Source of the DNA: Octopus bimaculoides
Taxonomy: Eukaryota
Length of the DNA stretch: 64,000 nucleotides
Reading direction: 5' to 3'
Assembly (NCBI RefSeq): GCF_001194135.2
Contig: NC_068983.1
Location: forward strand, 122,651,257 to 122,715,256
Numbering within the stretch: the first letter of the stretch is position 1; the number at the start of each line of letters is the position of its first letter. The position numbers and the translations under genes were made by a program. The notes beneath the pieces are model-generated. The model made no database searches, was not told where the DNA came from, and saw only the letters and a list, made by a program, of their open reading frames with translations. Shown piece by piece: positions 1 through 11,302 of the stretch.

Positions 1-130
1 TGTAGAAACTCTGCCAAATTAGATTGGAGCCTGGTGTTGCCATCCGGTTTCACCAGTCCTCAGTCAAATCGTCCAACCCATGCTAGCATGGAAAGCGGAC
101 GTTAAACGATGATGATGATGATGATGATGA
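1..130 (+). mobile_element. RTE-type LINE 3' end with (GAT)n tail
   Basis: tgtagaaactctgcc...catgctagcatggaaagcggacgttaaac(gat)n. The same terminus ends the RT-bearing fragments at 2700-3697 and 34236-34822. Confidence 0.8.
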
Positions 131-473
131 TTTGTATAATTTTATCCAGTTTCTTTAAAAACTCTTTTGCAGAACTGAGTCCCAGTTATTACATACCCTG
201 CCATTAAAACTGACAGTTTATAGCTTGTATCTTATTTTAATATCTGATTTTACGCAAACCTAAATTCCAATGTAATTTTTAAAAAGTGCTAAAAGGTAGA
301 AATGGTTAACCAACACATTCTATATAACATTACACCTGAGCAAACATTATTTACATTGAGAATACTGGTGTTCCAGTACAGCCTCAGCTGTAATGGTGAA
401 AACAAACTAAAGAACTAAACTTGCAGAAAAATTTAAACTTGTACAATAAAGAAGTCAAAAGTTAATAACTTAC

Positions 474-534
474 TGCTGCCATCATTTTCTAGAACTGTTG
501 CATATACATTCACTTGTGCCTTTGGAAATTTATG
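474..534 (-). CDS. EXOSC6: Exosome complex component MTR3, coding exon 5 (gene continues left of the window)
   Basis: ttttcag acceptor, HKFPKAQVNVYATVLENDGS plus 1 nt, GTAAGT donor. Matches the RNase PH motif FPK.Q..V...VLENDGS. Confidence 0.92.
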
Positions 535-630
535 CTGAAAAATAAATAGTTCATATACTAATAAAACAGTAGAGATGACATGTGGAAGGAGATAGGTTAA
601 GGGGGTGGGGTGGCACATCACTTGCTAGTT

Positions 631-1010
631 GTTGTTGTTGGCACTCCATCACTTACGTCGTCGAGGGTTCCAGTTAACGGAACAGCCTGCTCGTGAAATT
701 AATGTGCAAGTGGCTGAGCACTCCACAGACACGTGTACCTTTAATGTAGTTCTCGGGGATATTCAGCGTGACACAGTGTGACAAGGTTGACTCTTTGAAT
801 TACAGGCACAACAGAAACAGGAAGTAAGAGTGAGAGAAAGTTGTGGTGAAAGAGTACAGCAGGGTTCGCCACCATCCCCTGCCGGAGCCTCATGAAGCTT
901 TAGGTGTTTTTCGCTCAATAAACACTCACAACGCCCGGTCTGGGAATCGAAACTGCGATCCTATGACTGCGAGTCCGCTGCCCTAACCACTGGGCCATTG
1001 CGCCTCCACT
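631..1010 (-). mobile_element. tRNA-derived SINE (family A), full length with TSD
   Basis: Minus-strand head has A-box-like TGGCCCAGTGG and B-box-like GTTTCGATTCC. Flanked by the direct repeat cttgctagtt(g) at 621 and 1011. Near-identical copy at 49815-50196. Confidence 0.85.
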
Positions 1011-2699
1011 CTTGCTAGTTGAAAGTGGCAGGAACTGGTAATAAAATATGAAACAAAGGATAGATATACTATTTTAATGATTAAAAGTTTGCCAATCAGT
1101 TGGACTATGTTATCATTTTACATCCATTTTTCCATGCTGGTATGGATTCATGGATCTTTCCACTTGTCATAGTCTTTTGTTATCTAACAAACAAAAGAGC
1201 AAAAAAGGAAAACTGTTTATCTTTGTTGTTGTTGTGTATGACAGGTTTATTTGGCAGGATTTCTAGTATGGCTACATGCCCTTCCTATCACCAACAATTT
1301 TACATCATGTTCTGGTTTATTTTATCATGCCATTAACACTAGAAAGGTTGCTAGCAGCAGTTTTTAATAAGACTAGATGAGTTACTTGTACTGTGGCATG
1401 TAGAGTTCTATAACATTTGTGTGTTTAGCAGCTACTTCAACCTTGGTATGCAAGCAGTCCACTAATGTTGGATGATGCTTGCCTTGTCCAGAACTAAGTA
1501 GTTTCTGGCTCTGAAAAAACTTTAGACTTTGGAGATGCAGTTTTTCCAGTGTTACAAATATGGAGCCTCTATCTCTATGTGAAAGAAGTAGAGTGTCTAA
1601 GACCTAGCATTTGTAAAGTTTATGAAAAGCTTAGGTATGAGTTTTTCAAGAGTTACAAGGTTAGAGCACCGTGTGTTTTAAAATTAGTCAGGAAAAGAAA
1701 GGGAGCACCTATGACTATTAGAAATGAATGGCGACAAAGAAGCTAGGAAGTGTGTCTTGGGGGTTTGCTAGACTGTATGGGGGGGAAAGAGGAAATAGGA
1801 GAGGTAGGTAACCTCTGTAAAGAGTGGGTAGGGCTGAAAGGTGGATCAATATGGGAGTGGGAGCTGTATGATTTGGGGAATGTAGAGGGAATCTAGCAGC
1901 AGGATAGGAACAATGATACAGTTGATAGAGGGATGAGAGATATGCTTTGGTAGGCTGCAGAAGCAGGGTAAAGAAAGAGATGACATAATGTATGAGAAGA
2001 GATAATTTAGGGGTCTGAGTGAGAGGGGGGGATAACCACTGTAATACGTGGATGCAGAGAACAATATTAATGGATGAAGAATGGCTAACATATGAAATGG
2101 TTCTGCATAGCAAGAAAGAAAAGTGGTATCAGAAGGGAGGAAGAGTTGTAGTAGGTAGGAGATTGAGTGAGCTACCTATATATATATAAGTTGTGTAAAT
2201 ATTTAGAGATGTTAAGTAGCAATGGTAAGAAGACAATAGATCTATAGTGTAAATTGACTAAACTTCCAGATCTTTCATTCTGCATATGACTCTTTATTAG
2301 ATAAAATTGTCAGTTGTTTGCAAAAATTTGCCACTGAATTGAAATGTACCACAACAAACTGTACTAGACGTAATATTTCTTAAGATCACTGACAATTGCT
2401 ATCACTGTGAAAGCTTCATAACTTGTTGCTGCATATATATAACCATGTTTATAGCTGCCACACACACACACACGACTCACTCACCCACTTCAAGGGCAAC
2501 AACTCCTTTTAACCTTGCAGCGAGACAATCCAATGATTTATGCCAGCACAGAAAAATGGCTAATCGGATTATGATGATGATGATATTTAATATAAATGCA
2601 TATAGGACCCCATATTGGAAAAAAAATGAGCATTAATATGTGTGAGAATCAAACCCACACCTCTTATTTTTGTGATAAACACCGAAAATATACTCCATC

Positions 2700-3697
2700 A
2701 ACTGCCAGTGGGGTAAGCCACAGGTAGTAGATAGCTTCCGTTATCTAGGTTACCAAGTTAGTAGAGGAGGTGGATGCTCTGAGAGCATAGCTGTGAGAAT
2801 AAGGAAAGGCTGGGCCAAGTTCAGAGGGCTTCTACCTATGCTGGTAACAAAGGGCCTCTCCCTCAGAGTGAAAAGCAGTGAAACATAGGCTGTGACAGCT
2901 GAGGATATGTGTAGGCTTGAGATAAATGAAGCCAGTATACTTTGCTGGATGTGCAATGTCAGTGTGCATGTATGACAGAGTGTAAGCATCTTGAGAGAAA
3001 AGTTGGGTATAAGAGGCATCAGATGTAGCATGCAAGAGAGATGACTGTACTGATATGGTCATGTGATGCATATGGACAAAGACAGCTGTGTAAAGAAGTG
3101 CCAATCTTTAAACTGTGGAGGGAACCTGTGGTAGAGGTAGACCCAGGAAGACATGAGAAGAGGTGGTGAAGCATGATCTTCCAACTTTGGGCCTTATGGA
3201 GGCAATGACTAGTGACCAAGACCTTTGGTAATATGCTGTGCTTGAGAAGACCTGTCAAACCAAGTGAAATCATAGTCATGGCTGATGCTGGTGTCATGTA
3301 ACTGGCACCCGTACTGGTGGCACATAAAAAGCACCTTTTGAGCATTGGGCTTCATGGAGGCAAGGTGACTGATGCTGGTGACATGTGAAAAGCACCTTTT
3401 GAGTGTTGGGCTTCATGGAGGCAATGACAAATGATCGAGACCTTTGGCATTATGCCATGCTTGAGAAGACCCATCAAGCCAAGTAAAATCAGTCATGGCA
3501 GATACTGGTGTCATGCAAATGGTACCAGTGATGGTGACACATAAAAGCACCTATTACACTTTTGGAGTGGTTGGCATTAGGAAGGACATCTAGCTGTAGA
3601 AGCCCAAATCAGTCTGGTACAGCCTTCCAACTTGCCAGCCCTGGTCAAACCATCCAACCATGGCAGCATGGACAACAGATATTAAATGATGATGATG
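2700..3697 (+). mobile_element. RTE LINE 3' fragment (RT C-terminal region plus 3' UTR with internal duplication)
   Basis: Degenerate GWAKFRGLLPML and GTCGRGRPRKT motifs, ending in a (GAT)n tail. The 3' UTR segment near 3190-3350 recurs near 3410-3560. Confidence 0.8.
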
Positions 3698-4260
3698 AAC
3701 CAGAGTCCATGTAAAATTTTGTTGTTAAAACTTATATAAATTAGTTTGTGTTACAAAATTTGAATCCAGAGAAGGATTGTTAAATTAAATACTCAGTAAT
3801 TACTTTTCCTCTAAGAGTCCACTCCCCTGCAAATATGATTTTTCTGTTTTTCAGTAATTATGTAATAAGATGGCATCCAACACACATACTGTCTACAATA
3901 AGGAGTTAATACCAAAATCAAAAGCTGTGAATTAGTGTGTTTAACATAAATCTTCTGAATCACTTTCTAATGAATTAGTTGCACTAACAATATATTGATC
4001 AAAATTAACAGTTTTTCATGTTTTAATCTTTTGACAACTTCAAGAGAAGTAGATGGCAGAATTAATGGAGTGCCAAATAAAATGCCTTAAATTTAGAAAG
4101 GTTCTTTAGCACATTCTGAATTCAATACTTTGGGGTTAATGAAGACAAATACTGCTGGTATATTAGAATATGATTCAATTCACCATACTTCTACCCTTTA
4201 AATATTTCATTTGAAACCATATAAAATAATCAACATTTTAATATACAGTATATTAATTAC

Positions 4261-4435
4261 CAAACAAACTGCTGGTTCAAGTGCCTCAAGTAATTGTATA
4301 GAGTAATCTTTTTCTTGACTATCAGGTTGATGTTGTCGGCGAAGTTTGCATGAGAATGTAGCAAACTTTAACTCACATGTCAGTTGACCTTTCATACTAA
4401 ATTCCTCTCGGCGTGTAACTTCCCGTGGCCCATAA
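4261..4435 (-). CDS. EXOSC6: Exosome complex component MTR3, coding exon 4
   Basis: tttcag acceptor, YGPREVTRREEFSMKGQLTCELKFATFSCKLRRQHQPDSQEKDYSIQLLEALEPAVCL, GTAATT donor. RNase PH domain with the MTR3-type EALEPAV motif. Confidence 0.93.
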
Positions 4436-4538
4436 CTGAAAGGGATTAAGAGAATATCAGGTAAATTAGTTACATTTATATCAGAATACAGATGTAAACC
4501 CACTACACCCTAAAAAAAAATTAAAACGTTTCTTAGCT

Positions 4539-4830
4539 TTAACCCTTTAGCATTCCGATTATTCTGTCAGATGTAATGCTTATTTATTCACATTGCTTTG
4601 AATTAATTCTGCATTAAATTATAGCGCTGAGTTTACAATGATGTGATTGCTTATTTTTAGAATGTCATTGTAGGGTAGATGTGAGAGGCTGGATCTGGCC
4701 AGTTTGAACATGAGACAGGTAGAATATTTTGGCCAGAATTCATTTATTGACACAAAAGAATGAAAGGCATAGTCAACATTGGATGGGTTTGAACTCAGAA
4801 TGCTGAGAGCTGGAACAAATATCACAACCC
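4539..4830. mobile_element. TTAA-CCCTTT-type MITE end joined to a SINE fragment
   Basis: Starts ttaa|ccctttagcattc, a terminus like the MITE at 49432. The 3' part resembles the family-B SINE (gaatgaaaggc...tttgaactcagaa). Confidence 0.45.
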
Positions 4831-5039
4831 AGCTAAATTACCATTTAATTTTTCAACATAATGTACATAAAGGAAAAACAAGAAACTATTGACTTACTAT
4901 AGAAGCATCAACAAACTTCAAACAATTTTTGCTATTAATATAATACGAGGAACATATTTTCAAATTTACCTCAATTCCAACTTTTTAACTTCAATTTTCA
5001 TTTACCTTTCACTGATTGATAAATTCAGTTTTGTAAAAT

Positions 5040-6160
5040 ATGGAAAACTTTTTAGCTAGGGTAGTTGAGTTGCAAAAACAGCAACAAGGACTGCAGCAGC
5101 AAATGTTACAACTAATGAAGTTGATAACCAAACCAGAGAATACATTTTTGCCTGACTATGTAGCAAATTCCATAAGCAAATTCAAATATGACCCTGAAGA
5201 AGGAGTAACCTTCAAAGCTTACTTTCGAAGATTTGAACAAACTTTTGAAAAAGAATGTCAGGATTGGACAGTCAAAATGAAAATGCCTCTAGTTTTAAGA
5301 AAACTAGCGACAGCAGTGCATGATGAGAAGTATAGTAACTTCATTTTGCCAAAAATGTATCTGACATTTCACTGACACAGTTGACATTTTGTGCAAAATG
5401 TTTAGTGAAAAGAGCTCAGTTTTATACTAGATGGAAATGTTTAAATATATAAAAGAGCGAAGATGAAGACTTCACTGCTAACACAGGCAAAGTCAACAGA
5501 GAATGTGAGAGATTTAGGCTGGATATGCTTACTCCACATTCTTTCAAGTGTTTGATTGTTGCACAAGGATTGACAGATAAAAGGGATGCAGAAATCCGAA
5601 TGAAAATTCTAGCAAAACTGAAAATGAAGCAGGATTTGACATTGCAGAAACTGTTGAAAGAGTGTGACATGATAGTAAAATTAAGGCATGACACAGAAGA
5701 AATTCAATGGTAAGAGAGTTTCCACAAAAAAGTCGGAAGACAAAGTGTTGCAGGTAAAACAGAAAAAATATCGGGACGTAAACCCATGTATGGTATGTGG
5801 TGGGATACACCTGAAAAAATTGTCCGTATAACAAAGCGAAGTGCTTTTGCTGTGGGTTTACAGGACATATAAAATCACACTGCAAAACTAGAATGATAAT
5901 GGAACAAACAAGAAGAAATAGTTTGTCAGTAGGAAAAGTTATTATACAACAAACAAAATTCGTGAATGTGAGAACTGAAATCACTAGTGTCAGAATGCAA
6001 TTAGACATGGGAAGTGACATTACAATCATAAACGAGAAAACACAAGAACAAATGGGTAAACCAAAATTATGTAGTCCAAACAAAATAGCGTATGATGTTA
6101 CAGGAAGAAAATTACATTTCACAGGTGAATGCATTTGTAATATAAGGTTTAAAGGTTGAA
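5040..6160 (+). mobile_element. Degenerate Ty3/Gypsy-type gag-protease fragment in EXOSC6 intron 3, antisense to the gene
   Basis: FKYDPEEGVTFKAYFRRFE gag-like segment, Cys/His knuckles (CMVCGGIH, CFCCGFTGHIKSHC) and a decayed aspartic protease motif LDMGSDITII. Contains stops and frameshifts. Confidence 0.8.
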
Positions 6161-6283
6161 CCAAAAAGGTGAACTCATATATATATATATATATATATAT
6201 ATANNNNNNNNNNCTATTTAGGTGATGATTTTTTAAGTTAGCTTACCAATTATTTTTGTTGGTAGTTAATTTATAATATATTG

Positions 6284-6324
<41 letters not shown>

Positions 6325-7127
6325 CACACACATATATACATATATTTATTCCAGCCTGAATATTGGCTAATAGCTTATTTTACATGGTGATACAATATTC
6401 AGCTAGAAAACTCAACAAATTCTTGGAAATTTGTAGAACCATTCAACCTTGATGCACATTAAAAATGATTTTATAAAACTCAAACTTCATTGGAAATTAA
6501 AATTCAAAAGCAAATTTTCCTAATTTAAATTTTCATATAAATTTCTCTCCTCTCATAAAGTATATTTTGAAAATCTTAGTGCAAAGAGAGTATTCATCAA
6601 GAACAAAAAAGAATGGTTGGAGGGATCCAAAATCAAATTCTTCTCTGAATATAAATAATGTAACTTGTCAAAGATATATAGAAACAATTGAGTATGTTTC
6701 TGCCACCTCTGTTAAAACATTGTATCACATCCATAGACACGTTACCTTCTGTAAACCTTAGTAACTGAAATTTTGAAATGTAAATCTTTTCAATATAAAT
6801 GTAAATCTTTTCAACCGATGAATTTATATTTCATAATTATTGACGCAATAATTTGTACTTACTTGACAATAAAGAAAGTAAACAGGAAAAGTTTTAATGG
6901 TTGTGGGATGACCTTAACAAAAATTGTTGGAATAGTTTTTAGTGTTTTATAGTTCTGAAACTGAATCATCTCAAAATAAGAGTAAATATTCTTTTTTATT
7001 TTGTAGTACATTGCTTTAAATTCTTGCATGAGTAGTTCCTACACTATTATTAACACTGTTGTGAAAAATTGGTAACAAAAAAGGTCTTAATAAAAATAAA
7101 CAAGTTTCCTGTAGAACAGTAACTTAC

Positions 7128-7206
7128 ACAGCACAGATAACTTTGGTTTTGTTCAGTTCAATGTAAGCAGATCCTTTGGCTTGACTGACTACTCCAGCAC
7201 GTAAAA
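7128..7206 (-). CDS. EXOSC6: Exosome complex component MTR3, coding exon 3
   Basis: ttttcag acceptor, (F)LRAGVVSQAKGSAYIELNKTKVICA(V), GTAAGT donor. Contains the RNase PH family GSAYIE...TKV motif. Confidence 0.93.
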
Positions 7207-7559
7207 CTGAAAAATGAAAATAAATATAGTCAGTATAATAGTAAGTAGAAATTGTATCTACACCATTTTATTTATTAACAGGTATTATATAAACTAGTTT
7301 AACCGGAAGGAGAATTTATATATGAGACAATGATATATTAAATGGTAAATCATATTTTACAAGTATTGTATTACATTTGGAGTTTTAGATTGCCATACAG
7401 TTCATTTGTTTCCTTTTTCATTTATATTGATTTTCTTATATTTATTTCTGTAAAATATTTCAGAAAATTTAAAATGCATCTTTCCAAAGTTTAGACATCA
7501 GTTAATTTTCTTTGCACTAGGTTAACCAAAATGTCTGTGGGACCATTATTAAATATGTG

Positions 7560-8462
7560 AAGAAGTCCAGTGTCAGCAAAATTGAAAATTGTGTAAAGAA
7601 AGAAAAACTTAAAGAGGAATAGAACACAAAGAAACATCATGAAAGGAGGAAAAAATGTACAAACAGTTTGTAAGAGATATGAATGCCAAGACAGATACAG
7701 AAGATTAGAGACTATAGATGAGGAGTGACCTGAAAATAGAGACAGAAGCACTTATACGCACAACACGAGAACAAGCGTTAAGGACTAACTCTGTGAAGTG
7801 CAGAATCAACAACACTACTGAAAGTGACAAATGCAGACTGTGTGGTGAGAGGGGTGAAACGGTATGGTACATTATTAACTTTCCCAAAATTGGCACACTG
7901 TGACTACAAAAGATGACATGCCAATGTGGCAAGAATGATCCATTGGAAGCTCTGTGGAAATCACGGCCTACAAAGTACAAAGATGTGCTATGAGCAAACC
8001 CCAGAAGGAGTCACTGAGAATGAAGATTGCAAAATCATGTGGGATGCAATCATTCAGTGCAATCACCTGACCAGACATTGTGGTGAATAAAAAAAGAAAG
8101 AACTTGCACAATAATCGACATAACATGTCCCGGTGACAACATGATCAAAAAGAAAAAAAAACTAAACAATTACGATTTGTAGTGGAAATACGAAGGTTGT
8201 CGGTCAATGAGGAGAGTAGACATGATACCAATAGTAATTGGCACACTTGGAAGTATCAGCACTCAACAACCAACATGGCTCAAAAAGATTGGTACAAATG
8301 TAAAGATAGAACACCTACAAAAATCAGCATTACTTGAAAGTGCAAGAATTCTTCAGAGGGTTCTTGAAGCATGACCAGTAAACCATGCTGGCTGTGGACA
8401 GCTGACACTTTCTATAATACACAGCAAAATAAGCTGAGAGTTTTCATCAAATAATAATAATG
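7560..8462 (+). mobile_element. 3' fragment of an RLE-type (R4/Dong-like) non-LTR retrotransposon
   Basis: CRLCGERGETVWYII, DYKR*HANVARMIHWKLC (decayed RHD motif) and C-terminal IPIVIGTLGS...LQKSALLESARILQRVLEA*. Ends in (AAT)n. Confidence 0.75.
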
Positions 8463-9114
8463 CTTTCTTTGGATCTTGCAGCTACCTGCAGTAGAGGACC
8501 TTAACAGTTAAATTCCACAGTACAATTAATTCTCAAAATATCTTGTTCCAACTAGTTGGTGTCTGTAAATTTGAAAATTCACTACACATATTTATATTCT
8601 GAAAATACCGATGAATTCTGTATTTCCTAACATTATTTATGTCAACACAGTATTGCTATTTTGAGTTATAACATGATCTAAACCCATTAACATTATTTGA
8701 AATGACCTGATTCTTGTTCTAAATCTTTTTTGAATCAGAAATCCTTTCTTTCAAATATCATTAGCTCCTGGTGTACAGTGAAATATATATGACAAGCTCA
8801 CAGAATTTCCTGTTCCATTCAGTTGCAATTATTACCAGAAATAAAACACATTTCAATAATACTTAAGTTTTAGGGTTAATATTTACATTTTTACAATAGA
8901 ACAAGTAATGATGGAGACAGATCTTACAAAGCAGTCTTCCTTCAAAACTATCCACAATACTCTAAATCATTTCCACACATCTTCATCATCAGCAGCATTT
9001 AATATCTGCTTTCCATGCTGGCATATTGCCAATTCCAATACTGCCAATTCTGTATGAACTGATTTAAATATATGTTGCAGACATGCAGGAACTAATCAGA
9101 CCAATAATACTTAC

Positions 9115-9172
9115 ATGTAGGTCGCATTTGATTGAAAAGCCTGGAGTCCCATCTTCTTTGGTTTTCATCAAG
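9115..9172 (-). CDS. EXOSC6: Exosome complex component MTR3, coding exon 2
   Basis: tttttaag acceptor, LDENQRRWDSRLFNQMRPT plus 1 nt, GTAAGT donor. Phase is consistent with both neighbouring exons. Confidence 0.88.
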
Positions 9173-10730
9173 CTTAAAAAACAAATAAGTAATTATAGTT
9201 GATATAATGAATCAATGAGGCAAAGAAATAGATGCAGAAATGGAATAAAATGGGGAAGTTATAGATGGATAGAGAGTGAACTGGGCTGAGACAATACTCT
9301 GCTAGGCAAAATTGAAAACTTCAACATGGAGAACTGAGAAAAAACAAATAAATAAAAACAGGTGTAACAAAAGGGATTCAAGAAATTTGAAAACAAAGTG
9401 AAATAGAAGTTGCAACATGTGAAAATGAAGCCTTAACAAGTTATATGAGGAACCTGGTTGGAGGAATGAGAAAAGTTGTGAAATAAAGAAGAAAAGAGAA
9501 GGATAGTACAAGATTGAGGGACTTAAGTAATTCCATCCTAAAATAGAAACTTCAACAATAGACTTGAAAATTCTTGCAAAGTTGAAAGATATGACAGTTC
9601 AAACACATACACAGGGATATAGAAATATAAAAGTATGGATAGAAGAGTATCCAATGACATCAGAAATATGTGTATGTATAGTGAGGGGGTTATTAAGGAA
9701 CAAATTATGTACAAGAAGCATATGGAGCTGAATTGAGAGACATTTAAAATGGGTGTGTGATTGTGTGTGCATCATTACTTTCCAACATCCACTTTCCATA
9801 CTTACAAGGGTCAGCTGAAATTTAAGGCAAAATATCTGTGGCCAGCCGCCCTTCCTGCCACTAACATTCATCTGTTTCCAAATAAGGTATTTTTTACTTA
9901 TAGCTGGATGTCTTCATGTAAGATTGGAAACAAACAACATAGCTTGTATGATGATGACAATTGTTTTACAATTACATACAATGTCAAGACAAGAAGACAT
10001 GAACACATACACATATGTGTGTGTGTGTTTGTGTAGGTGAATGTATATATATGTAGTGTAGATAACACAGATAACATAAATGTGGTATAGATAACACAGA
10101 ATAGTGCTCAAATAGATGAGAATTTAAACTCAAACTTCTTCATCAAGAGATAGCATCTTTGCATCAAAAGTTGGATATAAGAACAATCTTTATTGAGCAG
10201 TTACAGAGGTAGAAAGGCAGATAAACACTGACAGGCTTACATCAATCAAGTTTTCTAATTTAACAAAAACGTGGAGACGGGGCTCCAACCAACACATCGC
10301 ATTTTCAAAATTTCATTTCTCCCCATCCCTTCATTTTTCACTTTTTCCGGAATTTTTTTTTTTTTTTTTACGAAATACGTAGAAAAATACGAAGATAACG
10401 ATTCCGAAAAAAAATTTCAATTTTTCATAAGAAAAAAAAAAGGAAAGAATATAATACCCTCAGGCCTTCAAGCCGGCTATCCACATGCTCGAAATAACAG
10501 CCAAATCTCACAAAACTGCAATAACATATTCGTCTTTAATTATGATTATATTGTCTGATAAAACTATTGTATGTCTTTTTACTAAATATGTGGTATAATT
10601 TCTCTAACGAAGTTTGCCAATTACATGTACGATACAGTATAGATAATTTTAAAATTTAAAGCAAAATATATTGAAATAAACGACGGAGGAGTATTTTAAA
10701 TGGATGCAACAAAACAGAGATAAAACTTAC

Positions 10731-10817
10731 TAAAGCCCGTGTTTCAATGTTTTTACAGTATGAATAAGGAGTATTTGATGTTTCAGGACCCGAAATACGT
10801 TTGCTGTCGGTCGGCAT
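10731..10817 (-). CDS. EXOSC6: Exosome complex component MTR3, coding exon 1
   Basis: ATG at 10817, MPTDSKRISGPETSNTPYSYCKNIETRAL, then a GTAAGT donor (phase 0). Matches the MP.D.RRI.GPE N-terminus of MTR3. Confidence 0.9.
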
Positions 10818-11302
10818 ATTGCACGTGTTGTAATCACTAATTTGTTTTCAATATCAGAGAGTTCCGTAAATAAAATTAAATGTTATTCTGAAAATACGAA
10901 ACAGGATTCAACAGAAATCAATTTATTTCCATATATTTTGTATTTTTTAAAAATAATTTTTCTAATTTAAAATTATTATTGGAAACATTGCTGTTGCTCT
11001 TTAATGAATATTTTATTTCATTATTGAAACTACATTTACGAAGATTGCCTACATTTAACATTTGATATTTACAATGCTGAATTTAATGTCTCGTATATTT
11101 GGACGGATTTGAAGTGAAAGTAATTTGGAAAGGACTGGATGAGCGTATCTTGTTTGATTTTTTTTTTTATAAAATCAATTGGGGCAGTCAGTAAATAAAG
11201 AAAATATCTTTATATATTTCTATCAATAAAACAAAAGAAAAATTTGGGATCGCAAAAAGTCAATAATGCCTCGTGTGGTTTAATTTGTCCTAAATATCTA
11301 AA
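10818..11302. promoter_or_regulatory. Probable bidirectional promoter between EXOSC6 and a plus-strand gene
   Basis: About 480 bp between two divergent ATGs, inside a visibly CpG-rich zone (about 10270-12400) in otherwise CpG-poor DNA. Confidence 0.45.

Noticed and set aside
940-1010. tRNA-like sequence (also 38225-38310, 57800-57880 and 62150-62229)
   Set aside because: These are SINE heads with A/B boxes, attached to SINE bodies, often with TSDs, and lacking a full cloverleaf. They are not tRNA genes.
1330-2150. Minus-strand ORFs 1718-2113 and 1846-2091, with similar purine-rich tracts at about 9250-9560 and 41690-42030
   Set aside because: They may be very old LINE remnants, but no diagnostic motif could be pinned down. 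Not supported as genes.
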